DNA of 64,000 nucleotides from Antedon mediterranea (lineage: Eukaryota > Animalia > Echinodermata): positions 31,220,912 to 31,284,911 of the forward strand of contig NC_092675.1 in the NCBI RefSeq assembly GCF_964355755.1. The letters run 5' to 3'. The position numbers and the translations under genes were made by a program. Below are positions 40,301 through 51,404 of this stretch, piece after piece. The notes below the pieces were generated by a model. The model was given only the letters and a program-made list of their open reading frames with translations. It searched no databases and was not told the DNA's origin. Positions within the stretch are counted from its first letter, which is position 1; each line of letters begins with the position of its first letter.

Positions 40301-42316
40301 CCTCAGCACCTCTATAGAGCCCAGTCTTGTATAAAGATGCCTCAGTATGCTACTGCAGGGCCACCAGATAACCTTCCTACACCTAGCCTACACCGTACTC
40401 ACAGCGCTGAAATGTTAGACCAACACGATCTCCGAAGACCGTCTGTTAAACATAAGATCAGCATGTTTGAAAGACAACCAATGATTGGAGGTCAAACTGA
40501 GGTTAAAGGTCACTACACAGCGCAAGATCTTTACAGACCAGAGTCAAAATCAGTAAGAGATTATTCACAAGAGGTAAAAGTTGCTATGTTAATTTGTAAA
40601 ACCTATGATAATATTAATAAAATACCGTAACTTCATTATATAGTTGAGCTTGTTTGCCTTCCAATCCAAAGATCCCGAGTCCAATCGTCTCAAATTATAT
40701 TCTAATATGTTCAACCACAAAGCTACTTAAAATGTTTGTTACAATTGAAATCAATTTAAGTGTTTATTTGATTTAGAATTACAAGACAGAAAATCGACAA
40801 ATCCGAAGAACACAAACGTTGTCATCTAACGCCACACAAAGTAAGTTGTTTATACAACAGACTGAAGTTACAAATTTAGTATCAAGTAAACACAAATTGA
40901 TAAATGAAAATATTAGCTTGTTCTTACATTTCTTATTTATAAATCTTGTTAATTTATTTCTTATTGAACGCTTACAGTGGAAGAAAGGTAATTCAGGTTT
41001 AGGTTTTGTACTACATTTCTTGTTCATTACATCAATTTCAAGACTGTTAAATATTTTAATTAGTTTTTACAAAGAGTAGATATTTACATGATGATGATAC
41101 CATGCTTTTTATGAATGTTTTTAGCTGGTATGACTACTACTACGATGACAATGACCTCTGGCCTGAACCCTACACCTGTAAGTAGAAGGTCCTGCTTGGT
41201 CCTTCCTAGATGTTGTTCATCCACAAATTGTTTGGCTTCTATTTTTTTTTTTTGCATTAATCAAGTACTTGCTTCCAGCTTCATTTTTGTTGTTTCTTAG
41301 ATTTTGTAATCCTAATCATTTCTACACTGTCATCTTAAGCTCTGTGTACAGTATCATAACTTTATGTGATGTGCCCATATTTGGACATGATGATGTCATA
41401 TCACTATCATATTTGGGCATATCACTACCATATTTGGGCACATCACACTTTTTTTGTCAAACTAGATTTACAGAGCTCATTGGTTAGAATATATTTTTAC
41501 GTACATATTGCTTTTTGTATGAAACTGTCTCTGTTTAATATCACTTGTATTTCAGAACATTTATATCTGCACTTTCTCAACACCATATAGTTTAATTAAT
41601 TTTATGTAAATTATATTTAATATTTCTTTCATTTTGTTTTTCTTCTAATTAAATGGCTTTATTTTCAGCAAATAATAATCATTCAACACTATCAATAAAA
41701 TCGATGTTATTCATGCTTATATTATATATTAATATTGTACTGTTCAGTAGTTATCTTTTGTTTATATCCATTTAAAATATATAAGCATCTTTCTTAAATA
41801 ATCTCTTAATTTAATAATGTATTACTTACTTACCCAGTCCAGGACATACCTGAAATTATGACTAAATTCCTCTATAACTTCCTATCTGTCATTGTCACAG
41901 CCAGTTCTTCTCTCTGCATACCAGTATCCGTACATCAATGTATGTGAATGCTGGCCTTCCTTGTTTTGCAAGCCCATGATTAATTTATTAAAGTAACATA
42001 GACCACTAAAAAGACTAAATCAATTTTGTTGTTTGCTTTTTTCAATATTTTTCTTTTACCATTAAACAAATCCACTATTTATCCAATTGATTAATTTATT
42101 CTTGTTTTTTATTAGGGTGAATTACCGATAAACAATAAGTCCAATGTGCCTCGTTTGATATCAAAGAAGCCAACAGCAGTGGATAACTCTATGTCAAATG
42201 AAGAACTAATATCACAATATGCAAAACAAAACATAGATGACTTTCAACTTAGTCCTATGTCACGTTTTACATTCTCATATTGTACCATACGAAAATCAAA
42301 GAACCAGTGCACTTAA
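28347..42316 (+). CDS. USP54: USP53/USP54 (echinus)-like ubiquitin-specific peptidase. Exons ~28347-28505, 30284-30511, 30903-31016, 31402-31481, 32169-32271, 32380-32437, 32777-32871, 35707-35856, 36516-36669, 36963-38699, 39031-39142, 39552-39720, 39934-40573; 3' end uncertain (candidate last exon 42116-42316)
   Basis: [85 protein letters not shown]-like [22 protein letters not shown] are USP53/54 signatures; a later helical block ([14 protein letters not shown]...[11 protein letters not shown]) resembles the USP54 MIT-like region. Confidence 0.9.
31060..31257. mobile_element. MITE with ~30-bp TIRs in a USP54 intron
   Basis: GTGCCTAGCTTACCTAGATAAACCGACAATAGC ... GCTATTGTCAGTTTATCCAGGTAAGTTAGGCAC; partial sibling at ~36384. 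Confidence 0.65.
31894..32087. mobile_element. Tc1/mariner (pogo/Tigger-like) MITE
   Basis: TA-CAGTCAACTCTCC ... GGAGAGTTGACTG-TA. Confidence 0.7.
33163..33206 (-). ncRNA. Minimal type I hammerhead ribozyme motif in the PLE 3' end
   Basis: Reverse complement of GCAA-CTGAAGA-AGTCAAGCTGACAGCTAGAC-GAAA-CTGTC-TTGC. Confidence 0.7.
33216..35048 (-). CDS. Penelope-like (Poseidon-type) reverse transcriptase / GIY-YIG endonuclease, 5'-truncated but uninterrupted
   Basis: [56 protein letters not shown], then GVVY..C..C...YIGETGR..R..EH and H..H motifs. Confidence 0.93.
   Translation of the reverse strand, partial: TKEEMQALNNIAKDKTIMVLPADKGRATVILNTKEYDEKVRNMLSDTDTYTLLKKNPTSSYKKKLITVITRLLKEKKITVKQKHYLYPTSDITPRIYCTPKIHKMNNPLRPIVDYTGSIMYNLSRSLADILVPLVGNSIHHVTNSLEFVNDIKDIKLQPNETLVSYDVVSLFTKTPVNKSLKIIEERLHCDKQLSERTWLHINDIMELLQLVLTTTYFSFRGDIYQQNSGMAMGSPCSPIVANLFMEWLENEAITTAHTDIKPRMWKRYVDDIITIIPKDATQPLLQHLNKIDDDINFTCEEMSLTDNSIPFLDTLILVDGEGNINTKVFRKATHTNQYLDFNSHHPLQHKLSVIRTLLHRCNTIITNNPDKQNETEMIHTSLKQCNYPTWTIRKVQRNLDKQKTDKQPETEDIRGSISIPYIQGLSEKIKRTFKKYNIRTYFKPSNKIKNLIVRPKDKACKEDSCGVVYKVGCTNCEMVYIGETGRALKTRIKEHKKDVEENTQNMQTRASRKVSSSILHKSAITDHMTTHNHIPNWDKIEILHKEQVWLKRKIKESISIRKQNKNTKMNRDEGAHQLSHIYDQLLTTTGPLGYTTKSSSGWKGDQSAP
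35061..35375 (+). pseudogene. C-terminal GIY-YIG fragment on the inverted arm of PLE insertion 1
   Basis: Identical to the last 104 aa of ORF 33216-35036. Confidence 0.9.
35385..35428 (+). ncRNA. Minimal type I hammerhead ribozyme motif in the PLE 3' end
   Basis: Stem I GCAA/TTGC, core CTGAAGA, stem II GTC-A-AGCT-GAC-AGCT-A-GAC, GAAA, vestigial stem III AC-T-GT, GTC cleavage triplet. Confidence 0.7.
38946..39023. repeat. 26-bp tandem repeat x3 abutting a USP54 splice acceptor
   Basis: GTTTTTGGGCCTGACTGGTACATTTT x3 immediately before TCTTTCAG (39030). Confidence 0.9.
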
Positions 42317-43831
42317 TAATGAACGCTTGTAAATACAGTAGGCTTAGAAAATGTATACAGTGTAGATAAGACCTTACATTGATAACATTATTCAATGTAA
42401 AACAGTATTTCACAACATTTATATTTTTGTTTGGCTAATGGTATTCTTTTGAATAGTTTGATTTCAAGTTAGTTTTTATCGTTTGCTAAAATAGTTGCGT
42501 TTTTTTAGTTGATTTCAAAATCAGTTCGTATGCTATTCTATACTAAGTTTAAGTATAGTTCTGCATTATTATATATTTTTAAGTATGAAGTGTTATCAAC
42601 TCATTGTATAGAATACATTTGTGTATATAGATAGTGAATATAAACCGATTTGTAGTATTCCTTTAAAATTATAATAACAATTCCTAGTGTAGACACCTTG
42701 ATGATAGGGTTACCGTTTGCTTTAGATATATTTAATGAGAAAGCCTTGAAAACTGTAAATAGATAATTTTATTTAAAGCACAAAATGTTATATTGTTTAT
42801 AAATTTTTAGATTATATGGTGCATTATTTAATATAGGGTATAGACGTGTTGCAGAGTAAATGCTCTGATAAGCATTTTGTACAATTATAGCCGCGATGAA
42901 ACGTTCACCATCCCACTCATAAACATTCATTATTTGTATACAGACCTTTAACATTCAATAAGTTTAAATGCTTAAAGCGATACTATCTTAAGCTTGTCAG
43001 AGCTGGTGTGCATTTCGGTAGTGTGAACGCATCAATGAAGACAAGTTGGAAACCTTACAGTATGTGTATGTGAATAGGTAGTGTGAACGCATCAATTCTT
43101 AAAACTTTTATCCCTTGAAACAACCTTAAAATGAAGTATAGAGATCATAGTCTTGTATAATAATAATATAACATTTGAAAAGCCATTTAATCCGATATAA
43201 TCTATTCATCTAACTCTCACGAAATTATTAAAAACAGGATTCAAAACATTGCAATCATATTATCCCTTATATTGTTGTCTTGGATTCAAAGCAGGTTAAT
43301 TTATATCTAGCATTGTTGATTGTATTTTAATGTAAATATTGTTAAAAAATAATCCTAATTATCAGATTATGCCAATGTTTCTATAGTGTGCCACAATTTG
43401 CCTTATTAGTCCAAGATAATTTACATGTGCTTCTATTATTAACCAAAGAATTTGTAGTACTGTATCTGTACTTAGTGGTAATGGAATTTTCCCCACAAAA
43501 GCTTTCTCTAAAAGTCTGAAAAGGGTTTAGCAAATGAATATACATAAGAGTGGGTTACATCAACTGTTTTCTGTAAGCCAGTTCTTTAGCTGAATTGTAT
43601 CGACTTCAACTCGCAGCTCTCTGTTTGAAACCCATCAACCTTGTTCGATATATTGCAATCTCTCAGATTTTCAGAGAAAGTCTTTGAAAAAAAATGTTAC
43701 ATTCCCTGGGTACTTGCTTACCAATCGCTGGCCACTCGGCTACCAATCTATGCTGGAGTAAAGTGGACATAACACTAAACCATTCAAACACGCACACCAC
43801 TTTGTGATCACATATTTTATTTTCACTGTTA

Positions 43832-43991
43832 AGCTCTGTCTACACTATCAAATTTTCTGTGACAAAAATGTGATGTGCCCATATATGGACATGGTGATGT
43901 CATATCACTACCAAATGTGGGCATATAACTATCATATTTGGGCACATCACACTTTTTTTTGTCCAACTAGTTTGATAGTGTAGACAGAGCG
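43832..43991. mobile_element. MITE of the AGCTCTGTCTACACT family
   Basis: TIRs GCTCTGTCTACACTATCAAA / TTTGATAGTGTAGACAGAGC flanked by TTA/TAA. Confidence 0.75.
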
Positions 43992-44309
43992 TAAGAAACA
44001 CTGTAGTATTTATACAATTATAAAAAGTTCTTGATTTGAATTCCATGTTGTTACATTTAATACTAGTGTTTTAACTTTAATTTAACTTTCTAGTTTAAAC
44101 AATGGCAGAGTACTAATGGCATCAAATGTAGTACTAATGGCATCAAATGTAGGTTATTCACAGTTTATTATAAAAAAGATGTTGTTACACTTGTAATGCA
44201 ATTGAAATAAAAACAGTTATCTTGATTTTATTTTACCTTAATCGGTAAAACCAATACCAGATAATAATATAAGTAGTTCTTTGATAGTAAACCAATAAAA
44301 CTTACGTTG

Positions 44310-44353
44310 GCAAGACAGTTTCGTCTAGCTGTCAGCTTGACTTCTTCAGTTGC
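44310..44353 (-). ncRNA. Minimal type I hammerhead ribozyme motif in the PLE 3' end
   Basis: Same motif as 35385-35428, on the minus strand. Confidence 0.7.
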
Positions 44354-44362
44354 TATGATGCG

Positions 44363-45618
44363 TTATGGCGCCGATTGGTCTCCTTTCCAGCCACTAGATG
44401 ATTTTGTTGTGTAGCCTAGGGGACCAGTCGTCGTCAGAAGCTGATCGTAAATGTGAGATAGTTGGTGCGCGCCTTCGTCTCTATTCATCTTTGTATTTTT
44501 ATTTTGCTTTCTTATGCTGATGCTTTCTTTAATTTTACGTTTAAGCCAAACTTGTTCTTTGTGTAGTATCTCTATCTTATCCCAGTTAGGTATGTGGTTG
44601 TGTGTGGTCATATGGTCCGTGATTGCTGATTTATGTAAAATGGAGGACGAAACTTTCCGTGATGCACGCGTCTGCATGTTCTGTGTGTTTTCCTCAACAT
44701 CTTTCTTGTGCTCTTTAATTCTGGTTTTGAGTGCCCTACCCGTTTCCCCAATGTACACCATCTCACAGTTGGTGCACCCCACTTTGTAGACGACACCACA
44801 GGAATCCTCTTTGCATGCTTTATCTTTCGGTCGGACGATTAAGTTTTTAATTTTGTTAGATGGTTTAAAGTATGTTCGTATGTTATATTTTTTAAATGTT
44901 CTCTTGATTTTCTCTGACAGGCCTTGAATATATGGGATGGATATCGACCCTCTTATATCTTCTGTTTCGGGTTGTTTGTCCGTTTTTTGTTTATCTAGGT
45001 TACGTTGTACCTTTCTAATCGTCCATGTAGGGTAGTTGCATTGTTTAAGTGAAGTATGTATCATCTCAGTTTCGTTCTGTTTGTCTGGATTATTTGTGAT
45101 TATCGTGTTACATCTGTGTAGAAGTGTGCGGATAACGGATAACTTGTGTTGTAGAGGATGATGTGAGTTAAAGTCCAAGTATTGATTTGTGTGGGTGGCT
45201 TTCCTAAAAACTTTAGTGTTGATGTTGCCTTCCCCATCAACTAAAATTAGCGTATCCAAGAATGGGATAGAGTTGTCTGTTAAGGACATTTCTTCGCAAG
45301 TGAAATTAATGTCATCATCGATTTTGTTTAAGTGTTGTAATAATGGTTGTGTCGCATCCTTGGGAATTATTGTTATAATGTCATCTACATACCTTTTCCA
45401 CATCCTCGGTTTTATGTCGGTGTGAGCTGTAGTTATTGCCTCATTTTCCAGCCATTCCATAAATAAATTCGCAACAATCGGAGAACATGGACTACCCATG
45501 GCCATACCTGAATTTTGCTGGTAGATATCCCCTCTGAAGCTGAAATATGTGGTGGTGAGGACCAATTGAAGCAATTCCATAATGTCGTTGATATGTAACC
45601 ACGTTCTCTCTGATAGTT
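44363..45618 (-). CDS. 5'-truncated PLE RT/GIY-YIG ORF (left arm)
   Basis: Same protein as the C-terminal ~415 aa of ORF 33216-35036; includes YVDD and GIY-YIG. Confidence 0.88.
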
Positions 45619-45630
45619 ATTGTTATCTGA

Positions 45631-46886
45631 AACTATCAGAGAGAACGTGGTTACATATCAACGACATTATGGAATTGCTTCAATTGGTCCTCACCACCAC
45701 ATATTTCAGCTTCAGAGGGGATATCTACCAGCAAAATTCAGGTATGGCCATGGGTAGTCCATGTTCTCCGATTGTTGCGAATTTATTTATGGAATGGCTG
45801 GAAAATGAGGCAATAACTACAGCTCACACCGACATAAAACCGAGGATGTGGAAAAGGTATGTAGATGACATTATAACAATAATTCCCAAGGATGCGACAC
45901 AACCATTATTACAACACTTAAACAAAATCGATGATGACATTAATTTCACTTGCGAAGAAATGTCCTTAACAGACAACTCTATCCCATTCTTGGATACGCT
46001 AATTTTAGTTGATGGGGAAGGCAACATCAACACTAAAGTTTTTAGGAAAGCCACCCACACAAATCAATACTTGGACTTTAACTCACATCATCCTCTACAA
46101 CACAAGTTATCCGTTATCCGCACACTTCTACACAGATGTAACACGATAATCACAAATAATCCAGACAAACAGAACGAAACTGAGATGATACATACTTCAC
46201 TTAAACAATGCAACTACCCTACATGGACGATTAGAAAGGTACAACGTAACCTAGATAAACAAAAAACGGACAAACAACCCGAAACAGAAGATATAAGAGG
46301 GTCGATATCCATCCCATATATTCAAGGCCTGTCAGAGAAAATCAAGAGAACATTTAAAAAATATAACATACGAACATACTTTAAACCATCTAACAAAATT
46401 AAAAACTTAATCGTCCGACCGAAAGATAAAGCATGCAAAGAGGATTCATGTGGTGTCGTCTACAAAGTGGGGTGCACCAACTGTGAGATGGTGTACATTG
46501 GGGAAACGGGTAGGGCACTCAAAACCAGAATTAAAGAGCACAAGAAAGATGTTGAGGAAAACACACAGAACATGCAGACGCGTGCATCACGGAAAGTTTC
46601 GTCCTCCATTTTACATAAATCAGCAATCACGGACCATATGACCACACACAACCACATACCTAACTGGGATAAGATAGAGATACTACACAAAGAACAAGTT
46701 TGGCTTAAACGTAAAATTAAAGAAAGCATCAGCATAAGAAAGCAAAATAAAAATACAAAGATGAATAGAGACGAAGGCGCGCACCAACTATCTCACATTT
46801 ACGATCAGCTTCTGACGACGACTGGTCCCCTAGGCTACACAACAAAATCATCTAGTGGCTGGAAAGGAGACCAATCGGCGCCATAA
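45631..46886 (+). CDS. 5'-truncated PLE RT/GIY-YIG ORF (right arm)
   Basis: Same protein; the first ~17 aa of track ORF 45582 read through the hairpin junction. Confidence 0.88.
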
Positions 46887-46895
46887 CGCATCATA

Positions 46896-46939
46896 GCAAC
46901 TGAAGAAGTCAAGCTGACAGCTAGACGAAACTGTCTTGC
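46896..46939 (+). ncRNA. Minimal type I hammerhead ribozyme motif in the PLE 3' end
   Basis: GCAACTGAAGAAGTCAAGCTGACAGCTAGACGAAACTGTCTTGC, beginning 10 nt after the ORF stop. Confidence 0.7.
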
Positions 46940-47258
46940 CAACGTAAGTTTTATTGGTTTACTATCAAAGAACTACTTATATTATTATACGAATCGAAAC
47001 CAGAAGAAATGTTTTCATAACAATACCAGATACCATAATTAAAATAAATAGCCTCGCCATTCAGGTGTGCCTTAATACAAATTATTTTCTTTTTGTTTTC
47101 AATAATCTTTCTCTTTCAACTTAATTATAATGTAGTCAACTCTACCAATACTCTATTTCTATGAAAACATGAAACTCCCTTTTCTTCAGAGCCAAAAGGC
47201 CCAACTCCTTTTTACCATTAAAACACATTCGAAATACCGGACTTTTCAGAAAACCAGA

Positions 47259-47362
47259 CATATTAGTCCCGCCCATCAGGGGTACATATTAGTCCCGCCC
47301 ATCAGGGGTACATATTAGTCCCGCCCATCAGGGGTACATATTAGTCCCGCCCATCAGGGGTA
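47259..47362. repeat. 26-bp tandem repeat x4 inside a degenerate Tigger-like MITE
   Basis: CATATTAGTCCCGCCCATCAGGGGTA x4. Confidence 0.9.
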
Positions 47363-47629
47363 TTATTGCCTGTAGCTCTAGTATTTTATTTTTTTAAATG
47401 GACCAGCTACAATGTGTGTCTAGAAAAGTCTATAGAATGCAATTCAAACTTGTTTTAATATAAATACAACCGTAATATGAAAACATTAGGTATTAGGTTC
47501 ACAGCTCCTTGTGTTTTGTGCAGAATATAATTATTTGGTATCCAATGGCCCAACTGTGAAACCAATGGCATTCACAATATTCCAAAACTTAAGAACTTAG
47601 CAAAGTTAATATATAATTAATATATAATA

Positions 47630-48607
47630 TCATCTAGGTCGTCGTGATATACTAGGACCTCCTAATCTTCTTCCTCCTCCACTACCACCTAAATTCCTAC
47701 CACCCCCATTACCCCTTCCTCCACCCCTCCACCAGCTACTATTCCCTTCTCCTGTGCTGTATTTACACACAAAGAATAACAGTCCTGCAAATATGATACC
47801 AGCAAATCCTGCAAAAAGGCCGGCTAGTAGAATGCCAACACTGACAATTGGTTCCACGACATAGGGACCAGCATTCCACCGTGGGAAGCCATTATCCACG
47901 AGACGTTGATTAGCTGTATCAAAAATGGAAACTTGTCCCATCATGCCCTGTTGTTGCTGATTATCTCCTTCCTGTTGCTGAGTGTGGTCACTTTGTTGCA
48001 CAGTTCCCTGAAATGGAATGTTTGAAGACTATAAGAGATATTTCAATAGTGACATAATGAAACAAGACGGTGTGAGGATGACTACGTAATGATGTATGAC
48101 ACATAAATCAAGCTTAGTTGTCAGTAAGCTTTATTTCGCATTTGACACTCTATTTTGTCTTATTGTGTAACTATCACTACAATTCCATAATTAACATTTA
48201 TTGTATCAGTGCCTAAAATTTAAAATAACATCATTTTAATTGAATTAAATTAATCTGCAAGACCGTACTTAAGTGAGAGGTTAAAAACAGACGAGGCAAA
48301 GATGCTTAAAATAAAATTAGCAACATAAAATATTATGATCTGTGCTGGGGAATTGGGGTGCGGAGCCTTGTCTGCCTAATGCTGGCTATATGGCTCTGCT
48401 CTGTAATTTGTTTTAAATAAGTCTGAGTGCTAAAAATTCACAATTCACTTAAAATGAGAAAGGTGACAATTATTTTGCTTGTCAAGGATGTTACTATCAA
48501 AAAGTATCTCTTGGTCGTCGTACCATTCTTGGATTTCTTCTTTGTTGCCCTCCTTGTTGTGGACCATCATCATGTACAATCTCTCCATTTGGTAAGATTC
48601 TCCCCAT
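47630..48607 (-). CDS. FAM241B: FAM241 (DUF4605) family small membrane protein; coding exons 48524-48607 and 47630-48007
   Basis: Spliced protein MGRILPNGEIVHDD...SIFDTANQRLVDNGFPRWNAGPYVVEPIVSVGILLAGLFAGFAGIIFAGLLFFV matches the FAM241 pattern as recalled (MVRILANGEIVQDD...LNRQLVNMGFPQW..G...VEPV); canonical splice sites. Confidence 0.85.
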
Positions 48608-50289
48608 TACAAATCCAGCGTCTCCTAAAAGGTTCCAAAATTAATATATATTGTTAAAAAGTTATCATTTATTTCAACCTTTTCACTTACTCCTGGTTAA
48701 TATAGTATTAATACAAATTAACCTAAGGAAGGCTAATATTTATAAAGCACCTTTATGCCAATATTTTGAATTTCGTAGAATATTATTTATCATTAATTAA
48801 TGAAATCAACTAAACGGCCGAAACGACTTGAAACATCAAAGCAGGGCCCACTCTACAGCAGCCACATACACATTTACACTGCCAACTGGGTGTCTGAGTG
48901 AGACTTACCCTAGAGTGTGCGCAGCCTATGATTAAACTGTCTGTATTTTGAAATTGATTAACACTAAAATTATAATGGATCGCAGGATCTCAATAAAAAA
49001 AAGAAAAACACATAACAAAAAATACATTATTACATAATATTGTACTTACAAAAACATAAGTATACACACGTAGTAGTTAGTACTAATAAGTACGTACTCA
49101 GCACAATGTTTACAAACATTACGAAACGTTGGTGGCGCTGTTGCGTATCAAATAATAGGAAAAATAAAAAATATCATCTCTGATCTTTGATAATTTATAA
49201 AAATGTAAATAATATGCTAATACAAAATTAACATAAGAGAAGATATAATTACAATTTTTAAATAACAATTATACTTGACAATCTTCATTATTACATATCA
49301 TTAGAATTTACGTTTAACTAAATAGTAATACAGTAATGATAATTCTAACATAGGGTTTTAATATAGTGCCGCTATGTTAATTTTTCTAATAAGCGATTTA
49401 TACAAAGAAGAACGAGTCGATAGAATATCCTAATAACGAAGAAAACTGAAGATTACAGAGGAAACATTTATCTGTTCCGTTTTCCAGTGAGTTGCTCCCA
49501 ATGAGCTCGTCGAACAACTGCGTTTTAATTATTTTATCATTTTTACACAAAACAGATTTGTAATGTAATTGGTACAAATTAGTTATATTGGTACAAGTGA
49601 CACAAAAAATGAATAATCAATATTAATGATGTTTTGAGTTTGTGAAAAGTTGAAATTAGTAATACTCTGTATTAGCCTTTGTTGGTCAATAGATAAATGA
49701 AACGATTTTCAGATTATACGATCTTTGTCGAAATGGTCAACCAAAACATTTATAGCGCCCTCTCGTACGTACATGTTAGAACTGTGTTGTTTCGTACTGT
49801 ACTTTAAATAATTATAATACAGTACTTTAATTTCATATTTTAATTTTACTCTTAATTATTTTGTAGAATATTTTAATGTAAACCAGTCATTTAAATAAAT
49901 CAATGCCTGCATATTATTTATAGAAAAAAGTACATAAATTCACCAATTGAACTTCAGTGCAAGCAAGACAATAATTGTCATTTCATCTCTATGGTCAAAA
50001 TTGTTTGACATGATTTACGGTAAGACTTTACTGTATAATTTATTAAATGTCCCATTTCAGCAATAAGTTTTGTAAATGTAATACATTTATATCAATATGT
50101 AATTGAATTAGTTTTGTTTTGAGGAGTTTTGAGCATATACATATTAAGCAAGTGCCAGGTTGAACGTTGGGATTGTAACAGTGAGTAACTATGTCAAATT
50201 TTCAATCAAATTGCTAATTCTAGACTCGATTTCAGAGCAAATATTTAAAATTAAAAAATGAATATTCCAGAAAAAAAATTAAAAAGTTA

Positions 50290-50650
50290 GCGATTGAGGG
50301 CGGAGTTTACGCCAATTTTCACGCCTGCATGAACCTTATAAGGAGTGTGACGTAACGATGATTGATAGAATCGGTCTGTTGTCATTATTCATCGTCGATC
50401 TACCAAATTTAGGTCCAACAGTACAATACAAAATGGCGACAAAGCATTAAAGGACGGAAAACCGGACACTTTTTGAGAGTTGGCTAACGATATGAAGGGA
50501 AGTATGTAACCAAACTTCGGGTATTGATAAAATATAACTTTACCTTGATAAAAAGCACCTTTAAAATGCAAACCATTTTGTTATTAGAAATCGTTAGGCG
50601 AATAAAAACATCGTACTTTTACTCGTCGTAGGCGACCATTTTGGGATTTT
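50290..50650 (+). promoter_or_regulatory. Probable promoter/5' region of the DLG5-like gene
   Basis: CpG-richer stretch with GC box GAGGGCGGAG (~50296), CRE-like TGACGTAA (~50348), YY1-like CAAAATGGCG (~50429) upstream of ATG 50816. Confidence 0.35.
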
Positions 50651-50815
50651 GATTCTTTTTAGCTGGAGCTAACAGACTACTAGGGTCGTCGTACGTCCAA
50701 ACACAATTATGGCCGGAGTGTTTCAGCTATGGACAGCTGACCTTATAGTTTCCATTAATAATTAACCATTCTCGGGTTATTATAACTCTACTGCTGTAAA
50801 ACAAACGTTTACAAA

Positions 50816-51116
50816 ATGGAGTTAAAACATAAAGAATTACTGCAGACTCACAGGACAAAGTTTATCCATTCTGTGGACCAAGTTGATAGATTATTGTACC
50901 CAGTGCTTCATCATAGGATTCTATCCCAGGCTGATATAACATTAATAAACCAGCAACCTACTGCCCATTCAAAGGTACAAACACTTTTGGATATTTTACC
51001 AACAAAAGGAAAAGAAGCATTTAAAACGTTATGTCTAGCTTTGGAAACCACGTATCCACATCTACTGACCGTGATGTTTTTAAGTACAGACTCACTTATG
51101 GGTGCTGGCCAACAAG
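50816..51116 (+). CDS. DLG5: First coding exon of a CARD-domain protein, most likely Disks large homolog 5; rest of the gene lies beyond the window
   Basis: ME..H.ELL...LLDILPTKGKEAFKTLCLALETTYPHLLTVMFL is a CARD fold resembling the DLG5 N-terminus (…ALEKTQPHLLPILYL as recalled); ends at donor AAG|GTAAGT. Confidence 0.72.
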
Positions 51117-51404
51117 GTAAGTTTCTTTTAACAATAAATATTTTTAACTTTTAATTTTATATAGATATGTTTTATCATTTTGTTTGTGTGACTTTACATT
51201 TTTGGTAAGTGTAGGCTTAAGTGCAAGACATTTAAGTTAACCCATATCCTCTAGTTTTTTTTGGAGAAACATAAAATAAAGTTTTCAATGGTGTTGTACA
51301 TAGGAAATCACTTTGTTGGAGGATTATCCATTTGATGTTTAAAAGAGTTAAACATTTTACCATGTCAATTTTGTGGAGATCCATTATGAACAATGTGACC
51401 CATA

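Larger units (their letters stand above)
44261..47018. mobile_element. Penelope-like retroelement insertion 2: two ~1.36-kb 5'-truncated copies forming a palindrome with a 12-nt spacer
   Basis: Arms 44261-45618 (-) and 45631-46988 (+), spacer ATTGTTATCTGA, 30-nt tail 46989-47018 on the right arm only; TSD CAATACCAG(ATA) at 44252 and 47021. Confidence 0.92.

Noticed and set aside
45582-45630. Apparent novel N-terminus of the 434-aa ORF
   Set aside because: Read-through of the antisense arm and hairpin spacer, not a real start
49125-49770. CTCF-like motifs (GGTGGCGCTG, AGCGCCCTCT) between FAM241 and DLG5
   Set aside because: Partial matches only; not supportable without motif scoring or ChIP data
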